This document shows positions 33,234 through 44,979 of a stretch of DNA of 64,000 nt, piece after piece; position 1 is the stretch's first letter; each line of letters starts with the position of its first letter. Below the pieces are notes generated by a model that was given only the letters and a program-made list of their open reading frames with translations, was not told the origin of the DNA and searched no databases. The position numbers were made by a program, and so were the translations under genes. Source of the stretch: Rhodosorus marinus CCMP1338 (lineage: Eukaryota > Plantae > Rhodophyta); assembly GCA_029953675.1 (NCBI GenBank), contig JAMWBK010000002.1, positions 124,001 through 188,000 on the forward strand. Reading direction: 5' to 3'.

Positions 33234-34905
33234 TTGGATTTTTTGAATATTGAAGCGCTGAGACAGGCTTTCAGTATCTGGGTTCCGGGTTGGATGAATC
33301 GAAGAGGTTCTGATCAAGTTCCGCCGAGAGAGGTGGGACTTGAGCTGACTTTGGACGGTATCGGTGAGGGGTTGGAGGTGGAGGAGGATCATAGATTGGG
33401 AGAGCAGAATAATAGCTCTTACAAGGCTTGGCTGGTTACAATTTCGTGTTCTATAGTACATGCGCTGCATACCGCCAGCGTTTTCATTGGACCTTCAACC
33501 CTGCTCTCTCCTATGAGGAAGGACCTCAACCTCAGCGTTAAGCAGATATCGCTTCCGCTCAATGTAAACCGACTGATTAACACTCTTTTTCTCATTCCTG
33601 CGGGAATATTCCTCGATAAAAGTGGAATAGAGAAGCCGCTTGTGATTTCCATGATCGTCGCGTCGGTGGTTTGCTTCTTCTGGCCGATATCGACCTCCTT
33701 ATGGCAGCTAGTGGCGATCCAGATCGTTCTAGCTTTCACCATACTCATGGGAGGACTAACACCCATGTTGATCATCGCCAGCCGCATGTTCGAGTCCGTC
33801 GAGAAGATGAGCATGGTTACCAGCATCCTCCTCGCGGGATTCTCTTTCATGGGCTTCGTTACACCTCTCGTGCTCGGCCCGCTCGCGGACAGGTATGGAT
33901 GGAGGACAACGAGCTATCTGTTTCCGACTTTGCTGAGTATAATTGGACTTCCCCTCGTCCTGAGAAACTTAACTTCGAAGCGTGTCGAGGGCTCTTCAAA
34001 GAACAAGTCGAGCCGATCCGCGCTAACGCCGACTGATGGCGCGGTATGGATGCTGGACTCTACGAGCCCAAATTTGCGTCCTATGGGGTTTACTGCTGAC
34101 AGTCCCAAGGAGACCAACACACAGGAGCCTAGGACTTCGACGCCGCTGATGACCATGCCGTATTTTGCAGTGCTCGGTGCTGCCGCGGGTCTGTCCGTGT
34201 GCCTTAGCATTGTAAACGACCACTTGATCATATTCTTAAGCGAGGACGTTGGCTACCCGCTTCGCACCGCGACCACGTTCATGTCATTCATCCACTTGAT
34301 CGCTCTTGGGGCCAAGCTCTCGTCGGGGGTCGCCGGGCAGCACTATCGCAAGGGCGTGCTGCTTATTTTTGCGGCACTCTCCATAACCACCTCGGCGTTA
34401 CTTCTGTTCGAGTACCACGACTCCGAGCTCCAGCTAACTTCTAGCAACGTCCGCTTAGCCCTGTTTGCCCCGTTCTGTAAGCTCAACCTCCTTCAACGCA
34501 AGGGCTCACCTTGTCTCTTCCGATATCAGCGCCGCATCCCCGCGGCTACTGACCCACTATGTGACTCATGCTTTCCTGTCGCCTGCGCTTCATTCGACAG
34601 ACGCTATTGGCTACGGAAGTATGCTCAACCTGCTGACCTCAGTTCTCCCGGAAGCCGGCACCGCCAACCTCGCGCTGCGCTCAAACATATACTCGCTGGT
34701 CATAAGTGCAGTGCAGGCGATGGGCTCGTACGCGGCTGGCGTTTTCAAAACCAACTCGGGCTCATATCTAAGCACGATGGTCATGTTTACCTTGGCCTGC
34801 TTTGCTCAGATCTTATTTTGCCTTCTCTTTCTGGTCGTTTACAAGCCGACAGTGTCCCAAGATACATCTGCACATAGTCACTGGGCAACCACTCCGACGC
34901 TCTGA
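33234..34905 (+). CDS. Major facilitator superfamily transporter, one predicted intron (34477-34600)
   Basis: About 12 hydrophobic segments, GIFLDKSG and LADRYGWRT motifs. Splicing GTAAG..GACAG restores LFAPF|YAIGYGSML. The start codon is uncertain. Confidence 0.85.
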
Positions 34906-35514
34906 AACTGTGATGGCTTGTCTACTTGTCAACATCAGCGAACTATATATATTATCCCTCGCTAAGCAAAACGAAAACAGTTCTACCGACAACCCCACGA
35001 GCCCAGCCGACCCCTCTTCTGCCGTCGACAATGACTTTCTTTGTGGAGGCCGTTGCCTAGTTCAAGAAAACTGGGGCCGCCTCTATGCCCAGAAAGTCTC
35101 GCTAGACACACACTCTCATCTGCGTGACTGCGCGTTCGCAACTCTTGTACCACTCGTCCTCAGCAAAAGCCACCATGCTTAGATGTATTGCTCCGCACTG
35201 GCTGATTTCCATAGCTTTGGTATGATGCAGTTTTATATGGACTTCTGAAATCTGGCCTTTTAATACAGTACTAATGCTGCCTACTTCTCCGTGGTCCCCG
35301 TTGAGTGAGAAAAAAGCTCATCATCCGGTTCGCAGTCTAGGGAAAGGGTTTGAGAACTGCCCGCCCTCCTGTTCTCCTTCACCGGGACACGTGTTTCGTC
35401 AGAATCTTTTGTTCGCTCACGCTTGGATAGCCCTGATTTTTTTAGTCCCACAAGAAACCGCGATTTATCAGATACACTCCAGAAATTTTATGAGCTGCTT
35501 ACAAGCTTAACTAC

Positions 35515-36387
35515 TCACCATCCTCCATCTACGACCATTTCGGAACCAGTCACAAAGGAGCTTTCATCGCTGGCCAGGTAGGTCACGAGCGGAACCACTT
35601 CGTCGACCTTTCCGGGGCGTTTCACCAGCTGTAGCGACTCTACCACCTCCCCCGGAAGAGCTTCCGTCATGGCTGTCTTGATAATCCCGGGAGCAATGGC
35701 ATTCACTCGCACTTCCGGAGCTGCCTATGTGGTTGAGGTCGCCAAAAACATCGCCATCAGTCAGTTGTAAACAATAGCAATAACAAATAAGCGCTCCTCT
35801 GGCAGATCACAGAGGAATGAGAGTGCCTTTGGACAGAGCTTCTATCTCACCTCGACGGCAGCATACTTCATTATCATTTTAGCAGCAGCTTTGCTGGCGG
35901 CATAAATGCCAGCAGCTGATCCCATAGCTCCGGTTACCGAAGTAGACATGACGCTCGTGTTTACAATGATAGATCCGGTGCCTCCCGAGGTTTCCTTCAT
36001 CGCGGGTAGACAGTGCTTTATCCCGAGAATGACAGACTTAACGTTGATGCCGAGAATCTTATCGATCTCATCGATCTCCAACATTGTTATCGGAGCCCCC
36101 CCATAATAGCCGGCATTCAAGAAAGCGGCATGCAACGCACCAAACGTCGACAGCGCCTTCTCAACCATGCCTTTGGCCGTGCTCTCCAAGCTAACGTCCC
36201 CAACATAGGAAGTCGCTTCTCCTCCGGCCTCCGTGATCTCTTTCACGAGTGCGTCGAGCTTATCGGCAGATCGAGCTACAGCAACGACTTTGGCCCCTGC
36301 CTTGGCCACTCCTAGCGCCACGCCTTCGCCCATTCCGGACGATGCTCCAGTCACAATCACCACCTTTTCAGCTAAAGACGCAGGCAT
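35515..36387 (-). CDS. Classical short-chain dehydrogenase/reductase, one intron (~35725-35850)
   Basis: VIVTGASSGMG, LNAG, YAASKAA, RVNAIAPG, VTGSEMVVDGG; splice joins AAVE|AAPEVRVN. Confidence 0.92.
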
Positions 36388-36981
36388 GGTTATCAGCTTC
36401 TTACCCACGTGACTTGGCGCGAGCGCAAAAAATCAGTGTGTCTAGGTTGCCCGAGAAAAAAGAATAATGATAAGCCCTTGGTCCACAACAGCTTAAAGAC
36501 CGAACCGCATCAAGCGAACCCTTTATACACTCACTGGCGCCCTCTCTCCCTAACGCCATCTGCTTCATCATGATCAAGATCAAGATCCGTTTAGCCCCGC
36601 CCTTCTGCATCGAAAAAGTCAACCCCCCCCCCTAGCGATCGCCATCAATAACCTTCAGTCCACTTTGTTTGTAGAAATCCACTAGCTCAAACTCTCACGA
36701 CCCCACCAGCTGCGTGACTGCACGCAACTGAAAACCATGCTGGGTGTGCCAAGATGTTTTTTTGTTTTTTTTTAGCAGTTCATCTAGCCAGTCTCCGGAA
36801 CAACCCAGATTGATCTACGCGGGCAGATCAAAAATTAAGTAGTGGTCTGTACAGTGTGGTCCAGTGTCATAGCTTCAATTTGCTAGCTGCCACTGCCCGT
36901 TCTCACAGGAGCATACCAAGGACTCTCAAGCCAGCACCTCTAGAATCGTCCTTGGAGTCCTTCCGATCGGGGAACGTTGAT

Positions 36982-37048
36982 GTTACGTTAGTATGGGGTG
37001 CGGTAGGTAGCTGCCTAATAAAGGCTACGGGGTTACCTTAGTCTGGGG
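36982..37048 (+). mobile_element. 33-bp family D 3'-tip insertion (36999-37031) between 17-bp direct repeats
   Basis: GTTACGTTAGTATGGGG / TGCGGTAGGTAGCTGCCTAATAAAGGCTACGGG / GTTACCTTAGTCTGGGG. Confidence 0.8.
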
Positions 37049-37465
37049 CACGGAATAGTTACCTTTTTCGGTTGTGATAAAGGTGGTTTTTGAGGGTTCA
37101 ACTAATGCCATGACAGCCTGTCGATATCAGAAGTAATCTGTGGTAGTCTTCCATAATCATGATTCATTACATGATAAAACTATAGAAGCTGCTATTCTTA
37201 ATAGAAGCTTCTCGGACCGAAAAGTAATCATGATTCATGATAAGCATTGAGAGCTTGCATGCCAAGAAGTAAACATGATTCAATGTCTTTACCGGAGATG
37301 ATTGATTGTTGGACAAACGTTGATTGAATATCGGACGATTTATCGGACCGGCAGTCGGACCGGTTTTTCGAAGAATTTCATTCAGACACACTAATTTTAT
37401 ACTGTTTTGCAATAAGATTAATTTTTGGAGTGCGAATGGACATTTATCGGACCGTCCGATACCCG

Positions 37466-38302
37466 TTATCGGAGTGGTTCGGAATCCGAACCATATTCTA
37501 TGCTGGTGTTAGTGGGGTAGCTACTAGCAAATAATTTTGTGCTCCCCATTCCCGATGCGCTGTAGTAGGAGTCTTGGTTCCTTAGTGGAAAACTCTCGAA
37601 CTGCCCAGAGAAACGATTTTTTTGACTTGCTGTATTATTGACACCTCCAAACCCACCTAACATTCCTGCTGCAACCAGAGTGCGGCACTTCAACAATATG
37701 CCGTCTTGGTAGTATTTCATGGAGGGGGGGATTCGAGAAGTAGTATTTCCTGCCGGGTTGCTCACGTATAAACTTGGTTCTTTTAGGGGATCGCGGAGCC
37801 ACAGTTGCTGAATGCAACGCTGGGTGCATTGGATGAAAGATTGACATGCCTCTACAGCGGGGCACGATAGACTTCCCCCCCTGAAATCCGCGCATGGTCT
37901 TTTGCGTCCGTACCCCAGTGACCAGATGAGGGAAACTGCTTGCTGGTCATCCCTGGTGCCGCGCAAGGTGCCCGGAGAAACCGCCAAGTGGGTATTCTCG
38001 AATGTTCGACATGTCGGCAATCCGCGATATCCGCCGCTGTACAATGTAGTGTCCTCTAAGGAACACTGAGCTTCCCCGGTGAAGATTGCATCACACTTGA
38101 CGTAAGCAACATGATAACTCGACGCTGATCCAATATGCCCGCAAACTCGTGGCAATTGGTGGACCACGGAGAATTCGTTAGTTTTGGGTGACTCCGAAGT
38201 GTATAACGGCAAGCCTCTCGTCACAATTTGGACTACCTTGATGAAGAAGATCTCATGCACGGAGTGAAGGCCTATCATTGAAACATGGTCTATGTAGAAC
38301 AC
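37466..38302 (-). CDS. Hypothetical ORF (278 aa), no recognised motif
   Basis: Supported by ORF length only. Confidence 0.25.
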   Translation of the reverse strand: MFYIDHVSMIGLHSVHEIFFIKVVQIVTRGLPLYTSESPKTNEFSVVHQLPRVCGHIGSASSYHVAYVKCDAIFTGEAQCSLEDTTLYSGGYRGLPTCRTFENTHLAVSPGTLRGTRDDQQAVSLIWSLGYGRKRPCADFRGGSLSCPAVEACQSFIQCTQRCIQQLWLRDPLKEPSLYVSNPAGNTTSRIPPSMKYYQDGILLKCRTLVAAGMLGGFGGVNNTASQKNRFSGQFESFPLRNQDSYYSASGMGSTKLFASSYPTNTSIEYGSDSEPLR

Positions 38303-38871
38303 CTCGGATTTATGGATTTACTTATATACTTTTCAGAGCGCTTGAAGCCGCTGGCCCAAGCAAGTTAAAAAAAGCCGGTAGTCTGTTGCGAGAGGAACAG
38401 AACAGAGAACAACAGCCTGCGGTTCGAACAGAAAACGGAGCCGTCCAGCGCCCAGAGCAGGTCCCCAGTGTGCCGTGGAAAGTGGACGTCTGTCCGCACC
38501 TGTACCAACCAGGCTTCCAGTTGAATCCTTGGAGCTTAAACGCATCCACTTCCACAAGGGACAAGGGTTGTGAACCTGAGTTTGCCGTCTTTACGGAAAT
38601 GGAGAAACTCGTCCCAAGTGAGCCAGCTATGAAGCGCTGTAGTGGTTGCTATAACGAACATGCGGGTATGGACACAAGGACATTCACAGAGTGTTTCTCC
38701 TTGCCGAGCATCCCTAAACTCCAATGTCAGGCCTCGATAGCCGATGGTTAATCTATACGTTCATCACGACAAACAGTACGATCTGGTCGCGTCCTCTTAC
38801 TTTGACACAAACTTTTCGCGGTATAACATTCTAGTCACAGGCAAAATGGATCGCATACTCAACCAATGCCT

Positions 38872-39919
38872 CTACAGTCCTTCCTCGAACTGTTCGAGTT
38901 CCACGCACGATAAATACAAAAAGACAAGGTGGGCAAGACTCAGTGTCACCAAAAGCTCCGAACACAACGCCTGGAACAATGCCGCAGTGATGTAAATCGC
39001 GAGAGACATTGCACTCGTCGCAAGGGTAATGCAATAGAGCGCGATGAGTGCCAAGATCACTGAGACCTGGAAAACACTGAATGAAAACAATATCTTGAGC
39101 AGCTTGCCCTGCACCAGTCCCTACATCCACGGGCGAGGAAGCTTGTTAGTTTCACTTTGCCAATTTAAAGAAACCGGCGGTTATCCAAGGCAGACAAGCA
39201 GAGAACGAACAGCCCCTTGATTTCCGTAGCAGGGCTTTCTCCTTAGGGGCCGGGTCAAATGACTCTACCAGAGGGTGGCGGACTCCTAGCAGGCCCTTGA
39301 CCGAAGCCATTTGGAGGCAACGGAGGAGTGAGCATGCTAATGGAGCGCGTCTGGGTTGTGGAACGCTCAGAGACAATACGAACAAAGGCGTCTACGAGAA
39401 CTCATTACATGAAAATTGTTCGAAACCCTGAGAAACGGCTCATCCTACCTTGCTTCTCTCCATAGCTGAGAATGGCCCGATTAGCTCGTCATCAAATATC
39501 ACGACGGGAACAAGAAGGTACCACAGCATGAACGTGATGCCGGGTACAATCAGCAAGACAAGTCCAAGTCCGGCGATGACTATCACCACAATCTCAGCCA
39601 GGATCCAAGACAGCAGCCTCCGCACTCCTTCCGAGAAACAGACTTGATAGGACCATATACTACTCTTCTTCGTACCCAATGCCGCCTTCACACGAACTGG
39701 GACCGCCAGTACCGCAACAGTAAAATGGCAAGCCACAACGGCAAGCATCAGAAAGGCCGAAATCAACTTCTGCCGAAAGAGAGATACTGTCCAAATCGAA
39801 AGGAAGGACAGGACGCTGAGCACGGAGATCAACAGCTTCTGGGATCTTACACAGGAAAGCCATAGCTTGATCGTCCCCCGAGAGACCTTTGTCACATTCA
39901 ACTCTTCCTCATATTCCAT
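38872..39919 (-). CDS. Multi-pass membrane protein (resembles GPDPase_memb/DUF975-like proteins), intron 39121-39448
   Basis: LLIVPGITFMLWYLLVPVVIFDDELIGPFSAMERSK|GLVQGKLL after a GT-AG splice, followed by further TM helices. Confidence 0.7.
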
Positions 39920-40175
39920 TTTCCATACCCCTCCAAATAAACAAAGCCAGAATCCCAGACTCGCCCTTATCGCATCCGGAGCTGCGAGCTCCCCAAAATA
40001 CCCTCAAAAGTTCGTACTCCCCAAAATACCCTCAAAAATTCGTATCAACCTTTCAAGACCATAATCGCTCATCCCACCAGTCCAATCCATCCTCAACCCC
40101 AATCTCCATTTAAGCGAGCGCTTTGAACCGCTCCCCAAATCAACGGCTGCTACCCACTAACACACACAGCCAAGG

Positions 40176-40283
40176 AGCCAGTGTAGCCAGTGAGGCCAGT
40201 GAGCCAGTGAGCCAGTGAGCCAGTGAGGCCAGTGAGGCCAGTGAGGGCAGGGAGCCTGGGAGCCACTGAGCCGCTAGCCAGTC
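40176..40283. repeat. 8-9 bp tandem repeat (GAG[G]CCAGT)n
   Basis: About 11 degenerate units seen directly. Confidence 0.9.
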
Positions 40284-40425
40284 CGTCCCATCCACAGGGT
40301 TACGCCAAGGTTGCCGGTTTGGTTTTTTGAAATTCAGATTTTCATGGTTTTCGGATTCGACGTGGCTGTGGACCCGTAATAAAAAATCGTAAGGTATAAT
40401 ATGATTTTAGTAGTGTACTTCTGCC

Positions 40426-40475
40426 TCGTTGGAATCGACATCCGATTAAACCATTCATTCATTCGTTGGAATCGA
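40426..40475 (+). mobile_element. 24-bp family G 3'-tip insertion with perfect 13-bp TSD
   Basis: TCGTTGGAATCGA / CATCCGATTAAACCATTCATTCAT / TCGTTGGAATCGA. The insert matches the tail of 26071-26351. Confidence 0.7.
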
Positions 40476-41082
40476 AGCGATTTTTATTACGAACGAGAAA
40501 AGTCTGGGGCAAAACGGGACTGGGACAGAGTGAAATGGGACGGGGCGTTTTCTTTCTTTTCTGTCTTGTTAACCCACCATTTTGAGCCTTTCGTGGTCTT
40601 GCGATGGAACTGACAGAGCCGAGGTCATCTCCTATGATGATCGCACTTGATGAATTCTGAAGTAAAACTACCCAGCTTCTTCTTCAAGTTGTCAATGATT
40701 CTTCTAGGGTCGTGAATCAACCCAGTAAACCGGGCTTATGCAAAACACTTTTGGTTGCATCGCAACGTCGTTAATCGCACCACCGTACTAGTCGCTTTCG
40801 ATTCGGACGTATCACTAGCCACCCACCTATTGACTTCGAGGAGATGGTTCAGGTCAACGACGACATCGTCGATTTTTTTTTCAGGGCCTTATCTCGGAAG
40901 CCACCTTGCATGTCACTTTGCTTTCACTAAAACGAGGGACCCGGGCGTCCTCGATATTGGAGAGCAAGAATAAGAATTCTCGTAGCTCGTTTATATCTAT
41001 CTGCTGATATGAATGCGGAGAGTGACACACGTGCTACACCTCGCCAGAGGTTGTGGTAAACGCCCTTGCTCCGGATTTTCAG

Positions 41083-41122
41083 TTTCTGCTGCTGTAAGCA
41101 GCTGCCCAGTAAACCCAACGGG
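41083..41122 (+). mobile_element. Isolated C/D-type 3' tip
   Basis: GCTGC-TGTAA-GCAGC TGCCC AGTAAA followed by GGGTTACCAGTC. Confidence 0.6.
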
Positions 41123-41899
41123 TTACCAGTCGACAGGGCTCGGTGTATGGCGTTGGACTCCCCAACTTCAGGCGCCTAGTGATCTTTCTGAAGGCAATTT
41201 GACTCTGGTTTACTGGAAACCTAACGACTTCTGGTGGGTGTCCGACGAGACGACGAAGGGGAGTAACAATCGCATGGCTGAAAATTCATCAGTAGATACT
41301 AGCTACCAAAAACTACTGGCACTGTCATAGCTATGAAGTGCAACAACAAGAAGAAACAACAAGCGCAACCCAGTAAAACCCAAGAGTTGCCCCTCCACGG
41401 CGTGCGGTTCATCGCGGCAGGAGGTTTGCCTCCAGGCGGAAGGCTCGGGGTCTAGATGCCTCGTGAGCGGGCCAAAGGTCTGCCATCGTACGTGCGGCAA
41501 GTCCTTCGTTTCTTTCGAATGCCATCGGGATAAAGTCCTCTCGGTGTGTAACGGTGGGGGTTATTCGTTGACTTAGCGCTGTGCGGCGGTGCTACTGCAT
41601 TTCAAGTACGGCCAGCAGCACTTCACAGGTGCTGCTTTCCTCAACGGGTTGAGATTTTGACCTCGGCTTTGCTGGAAAATTACGCACTCCGAGAGGGCAT
41701 CCTATGAGATCTAAGGGGAGGTCACAAGTTTGTGACTACAAGCTCATCAGTAACACTAGCTACTAAAAACTACTGGAACTCTCATTACCCCATCTTCTCT
41801 GCCTTTTGGCAAAGAACTAGTATAGTATCTGGTCAATCAAGTTCATGATGAATCTAGATCTGAGATGCTTCTGTTACAAATATTTCCTTTGAGCGGTTT

Positions 41900-43820
41900 C
41901 TGTTTAGTTAGCTACGCCCTTTACTCCGCTTTGCTCAGATTTGGCAGTGCTTTCCGCTGCGGAGCACCCCTTCACCCCCCCAAAGCATAGTCTTTGTTTG
42001 GTCCGCGCGAACGTTTTGGGCTCCCACAGGTGTGCAAGTAGGGTTACCTGGATAAGGGATTTGCCACACGTCGGGAAATCGAGTGGCAAGGGCATGCGCC
42101 TGAATATACGACAATTTCTGGGACTCCCGATTCCGGGATTGTGGACGACGGAGAGGTGTACTACCGGTAATAGTACATTGCTTACGAACGGCGTACAAAG
42201 ATTCCACCATTGCAAGCTTCCACTGTCCGACTTCGACTGGGCTGTGGCAACGGCGAGATGATGAGATCTGCAGTGAGCTGGCGCGATGGCTTAACAGATG
42301 ACATTTCAGGGATGTTCAGGAAGAACCTACAGAGTACTTGACGAACTCGAATCTGCGATTCGAGCTGGTGGCTATCCACCCTAGAACATGGCAAAGATTT
42401 GCGATCGATGTGACGGTGGTGCCACCCCTCCAGGCGAGACACCTACCCAACAGTAAAGACAACAATGGCTATGCAGCGAAGCGGGCGGAGCGCTCGAAAC
42501 TTGGCTACTAGAAGGAGGCGATGGCGACAGAGCATTCAGATGCCAAACTGATTCCGATTGCCAGTGAAACCTTCCGGAGGACTGGCCAGATGACACGAAA
42601 ATTTCCTGCTAGAAGGCTGTGCCCTACCTGAAAGAATTGCACCAGAGGACCTTGGAAGCTTCCCTACCTGCCAAAAATTATAAACCCCCCCGCCTCCCTT
42701 GCGCAACTGATCAAATTCCGACTACCCAAATCCGAGGAGCAAGCGCAGCCATCCGGAGAAGGCTTGGTCCAGAAACTCCCCCACGTATGCGCAGGCTCCT
42801 GAGCCTTTCTTGCCTTTCGACAGCTCCTGAAAACAACTACACCTGCAGCCCAGACGCGCCTGCGATGAACTTGGTTCACTCCAACAGACCCTCTCACGGA
42901 GGCACACCAAACGGCTTTCATCAGGCTTGTGACGGACTCAAGCATTTACGGGCAGAACACCGAGCCAGAATCCGATCTGCTGCAGGTGCTGGCTCTGGAG
43001 TTTGGCTGGGCGATTTGCCACACTTTGGCCCGAGAAAATTGAGCGGACCGGGAATGCATTTGAACATCCGACAACTGTTGGGACTCCCGATTCCGGGATT
43101 GCGGACGACGGCGAAGTGTACTACGTGACATAGTGTACACACCGTACGAGCGGGGTACGAAGACTGCACCTCTGTCAAACGTCGACAGGACTATGGCAAA
43201 GGAGACACGATGCGATATGTACAGAGATAGCGAGGTGGTTGAACCGGTGGCAAATTTCGAGAGATCAAGCAAGAACCAACGGACGACTTTGAGAACTACA
43301 ATCTGAGGCCTGACCTGGTGGCCATCCACCCACGAACGCGGCAGCGATTCGGCATTGACGTGACTGTGGTGTCGCCATTACGGACCAGGCACCTTGCACG
43401 GAGCCGAGATACGAATGGACTTGCAGAGAAGCATGCGGAGCGCGGGAAAGTTGCACATTACAAGGAGGCAATGTCAATCGACCACCCGGACGATAAGTTC
43501 ATGCCGATGGCGATCGAGACATTTGGACGGACAGGAGAGCTAACACACGAGTTTCTTCGGGATGGATGCAGGCATGTGCTGACAAAGGTCGAGGAACTGA
43601 GCAACGTACGGGCTCAGATCAACAGGACGCTTTGGGAAGGGAACGCCGAGCCCGCATTAGGCGCTCTTCGTGTGGATCAGTTGGACCAGCCGCTGCTTCT
43701 TTATTTTTCCTTTTATCGTAGCTAGAGACCCCGGGATGCGGGGTTAACCCGATCCTTTCCCCTGAATAGTGTTCGAAGTAGTGTTGCGCTGCAGTAGGCA
43801 GCTGCCCAATAAAGGATACA
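41900..43820 (+). mobile_element. Two tandem 5'-truncated CRE-like copies (family C): ~41900-42660 and ~42660-43820
   Basis: Both have DLPH.G..MxLNIRQ.LGLPIPGL and AIHPRT..F.IDVTVV.PL. The second has a complete RLE (ETFGRTG, INRTLWEGNA) and hairpin-AATAAA at 43788-43813. Confidence 0.85.
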
Positions 43821-43939
43821 GCTACTTCTTGGTACCTTAATTCTTGGTCTTCTTCAACGAACTCTTGTTCCACAGTGTCGGCACGCCTCCTCCATTGACA
43901 TGGTAGTAAAGTCATTTTCACGGAACATCAGCATACTAG

Positions 43940-44100
43940 CCTGATGCCTTCCGCCGTTTCCAAAAATGAAGTTGCGTTCAGACGGCCGCATCCGTTGCGG
44001 ATGTATCGGTAAGCATCACAGTGCTACCGCTTCAGGGTTTTTGCCAAAGACCAACAAACACATCTACGCCGACCGTCGTTTCTTATTCCCTAGCTTCGGC
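43940..44100 (-). pseudogene. Possible hAT C-terminal dimerisation-domain relic
   Basis: VFGKNPEAVAL*CLPI..SERNFIF resembles W..FG..PEL..LA..L....ERNWS.F. Confidence 0.35.
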
Positions 44101-44410
44101 AAAATCTCATGCCATCCTCGTACGCTTCCAGACCCCCTCGGTCTGAGCATCATCCTAGGGTCGTGATCTCGCGCACCTTCAATCTCAAGTGATCACGAAT
44201 AGCCACCTTCACCCGCTTCAGCCAGTCCTTCTCGTGAGTACACTCGAAGAGTGGCTATCATATTATAGTTCCTCCGTTGGTGCAGCATATCTTCAGTTCC
44301 CAATCATCTAGGCGGCTCATACAACAAACCCGTGTTTTTCATCAAGTTATCCCGTCGAACGTCCAGTCAAAGTGAATAGCTTGCTTCACAAGCATGTATC
44401 ACGAATCCGA

Positions 44411-44898
44411 TGTTAACAGATTACAAATATCCGGTTACAATCGAATGCTCCCTGGTACGTGAATGTTTGCATCCAGAAGCGTTTCTGGGATAAGTCCAGT
44501 TCCAGGACAACCATAGGCCAATCCACGGTGGGAGTAACCTATGATGTTTCTGATATTAATCGAGCTTGCAGAGGGGGAACGAGGCGGTAGCCCCATGTTG
44601 GACAGAGTCGGCTACTAACACAGAGGACTTATAAGCACTAGATGTGATTCGTAGTTTGTCAGCTACTAGAGCCGTGAGGATCAAGCCTGGGTAGGATTCG
44701 GGTTTTTGCATGTTTGCACCTGCATGAACGTTTTCCCTTAAGTCCAGAGATCTCAGAGACTGGTATTGCATATATAGTGATCCTAGAAGCCATCAAGTAT
44801 GGTTGGTTCGGAATAAAGGGGTAAGAATGGTTGGTTCGGAATAAAGGGGTAAGAATGAGCCGAGGATATAACACTCATAGACCTAGTTCTGTTTAACA
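44411..44898 (-). mobile_element. Solo LTR (family 2), 488 bp, perfect 5-bp TSD
   Basis: TGTTAACAG...CTGTTTAACA termini; TCCGA at 44406-44410 and 44899-44903. Confidence 0.9.
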
Positions 44899-44979
44899 TC
44901 CGATACCCTGCATGGGATTCCAACTGCGGGCATTTCATAAATGCTCATCAAGACGCTGATGACAGCTGTCAGTTCAAGT

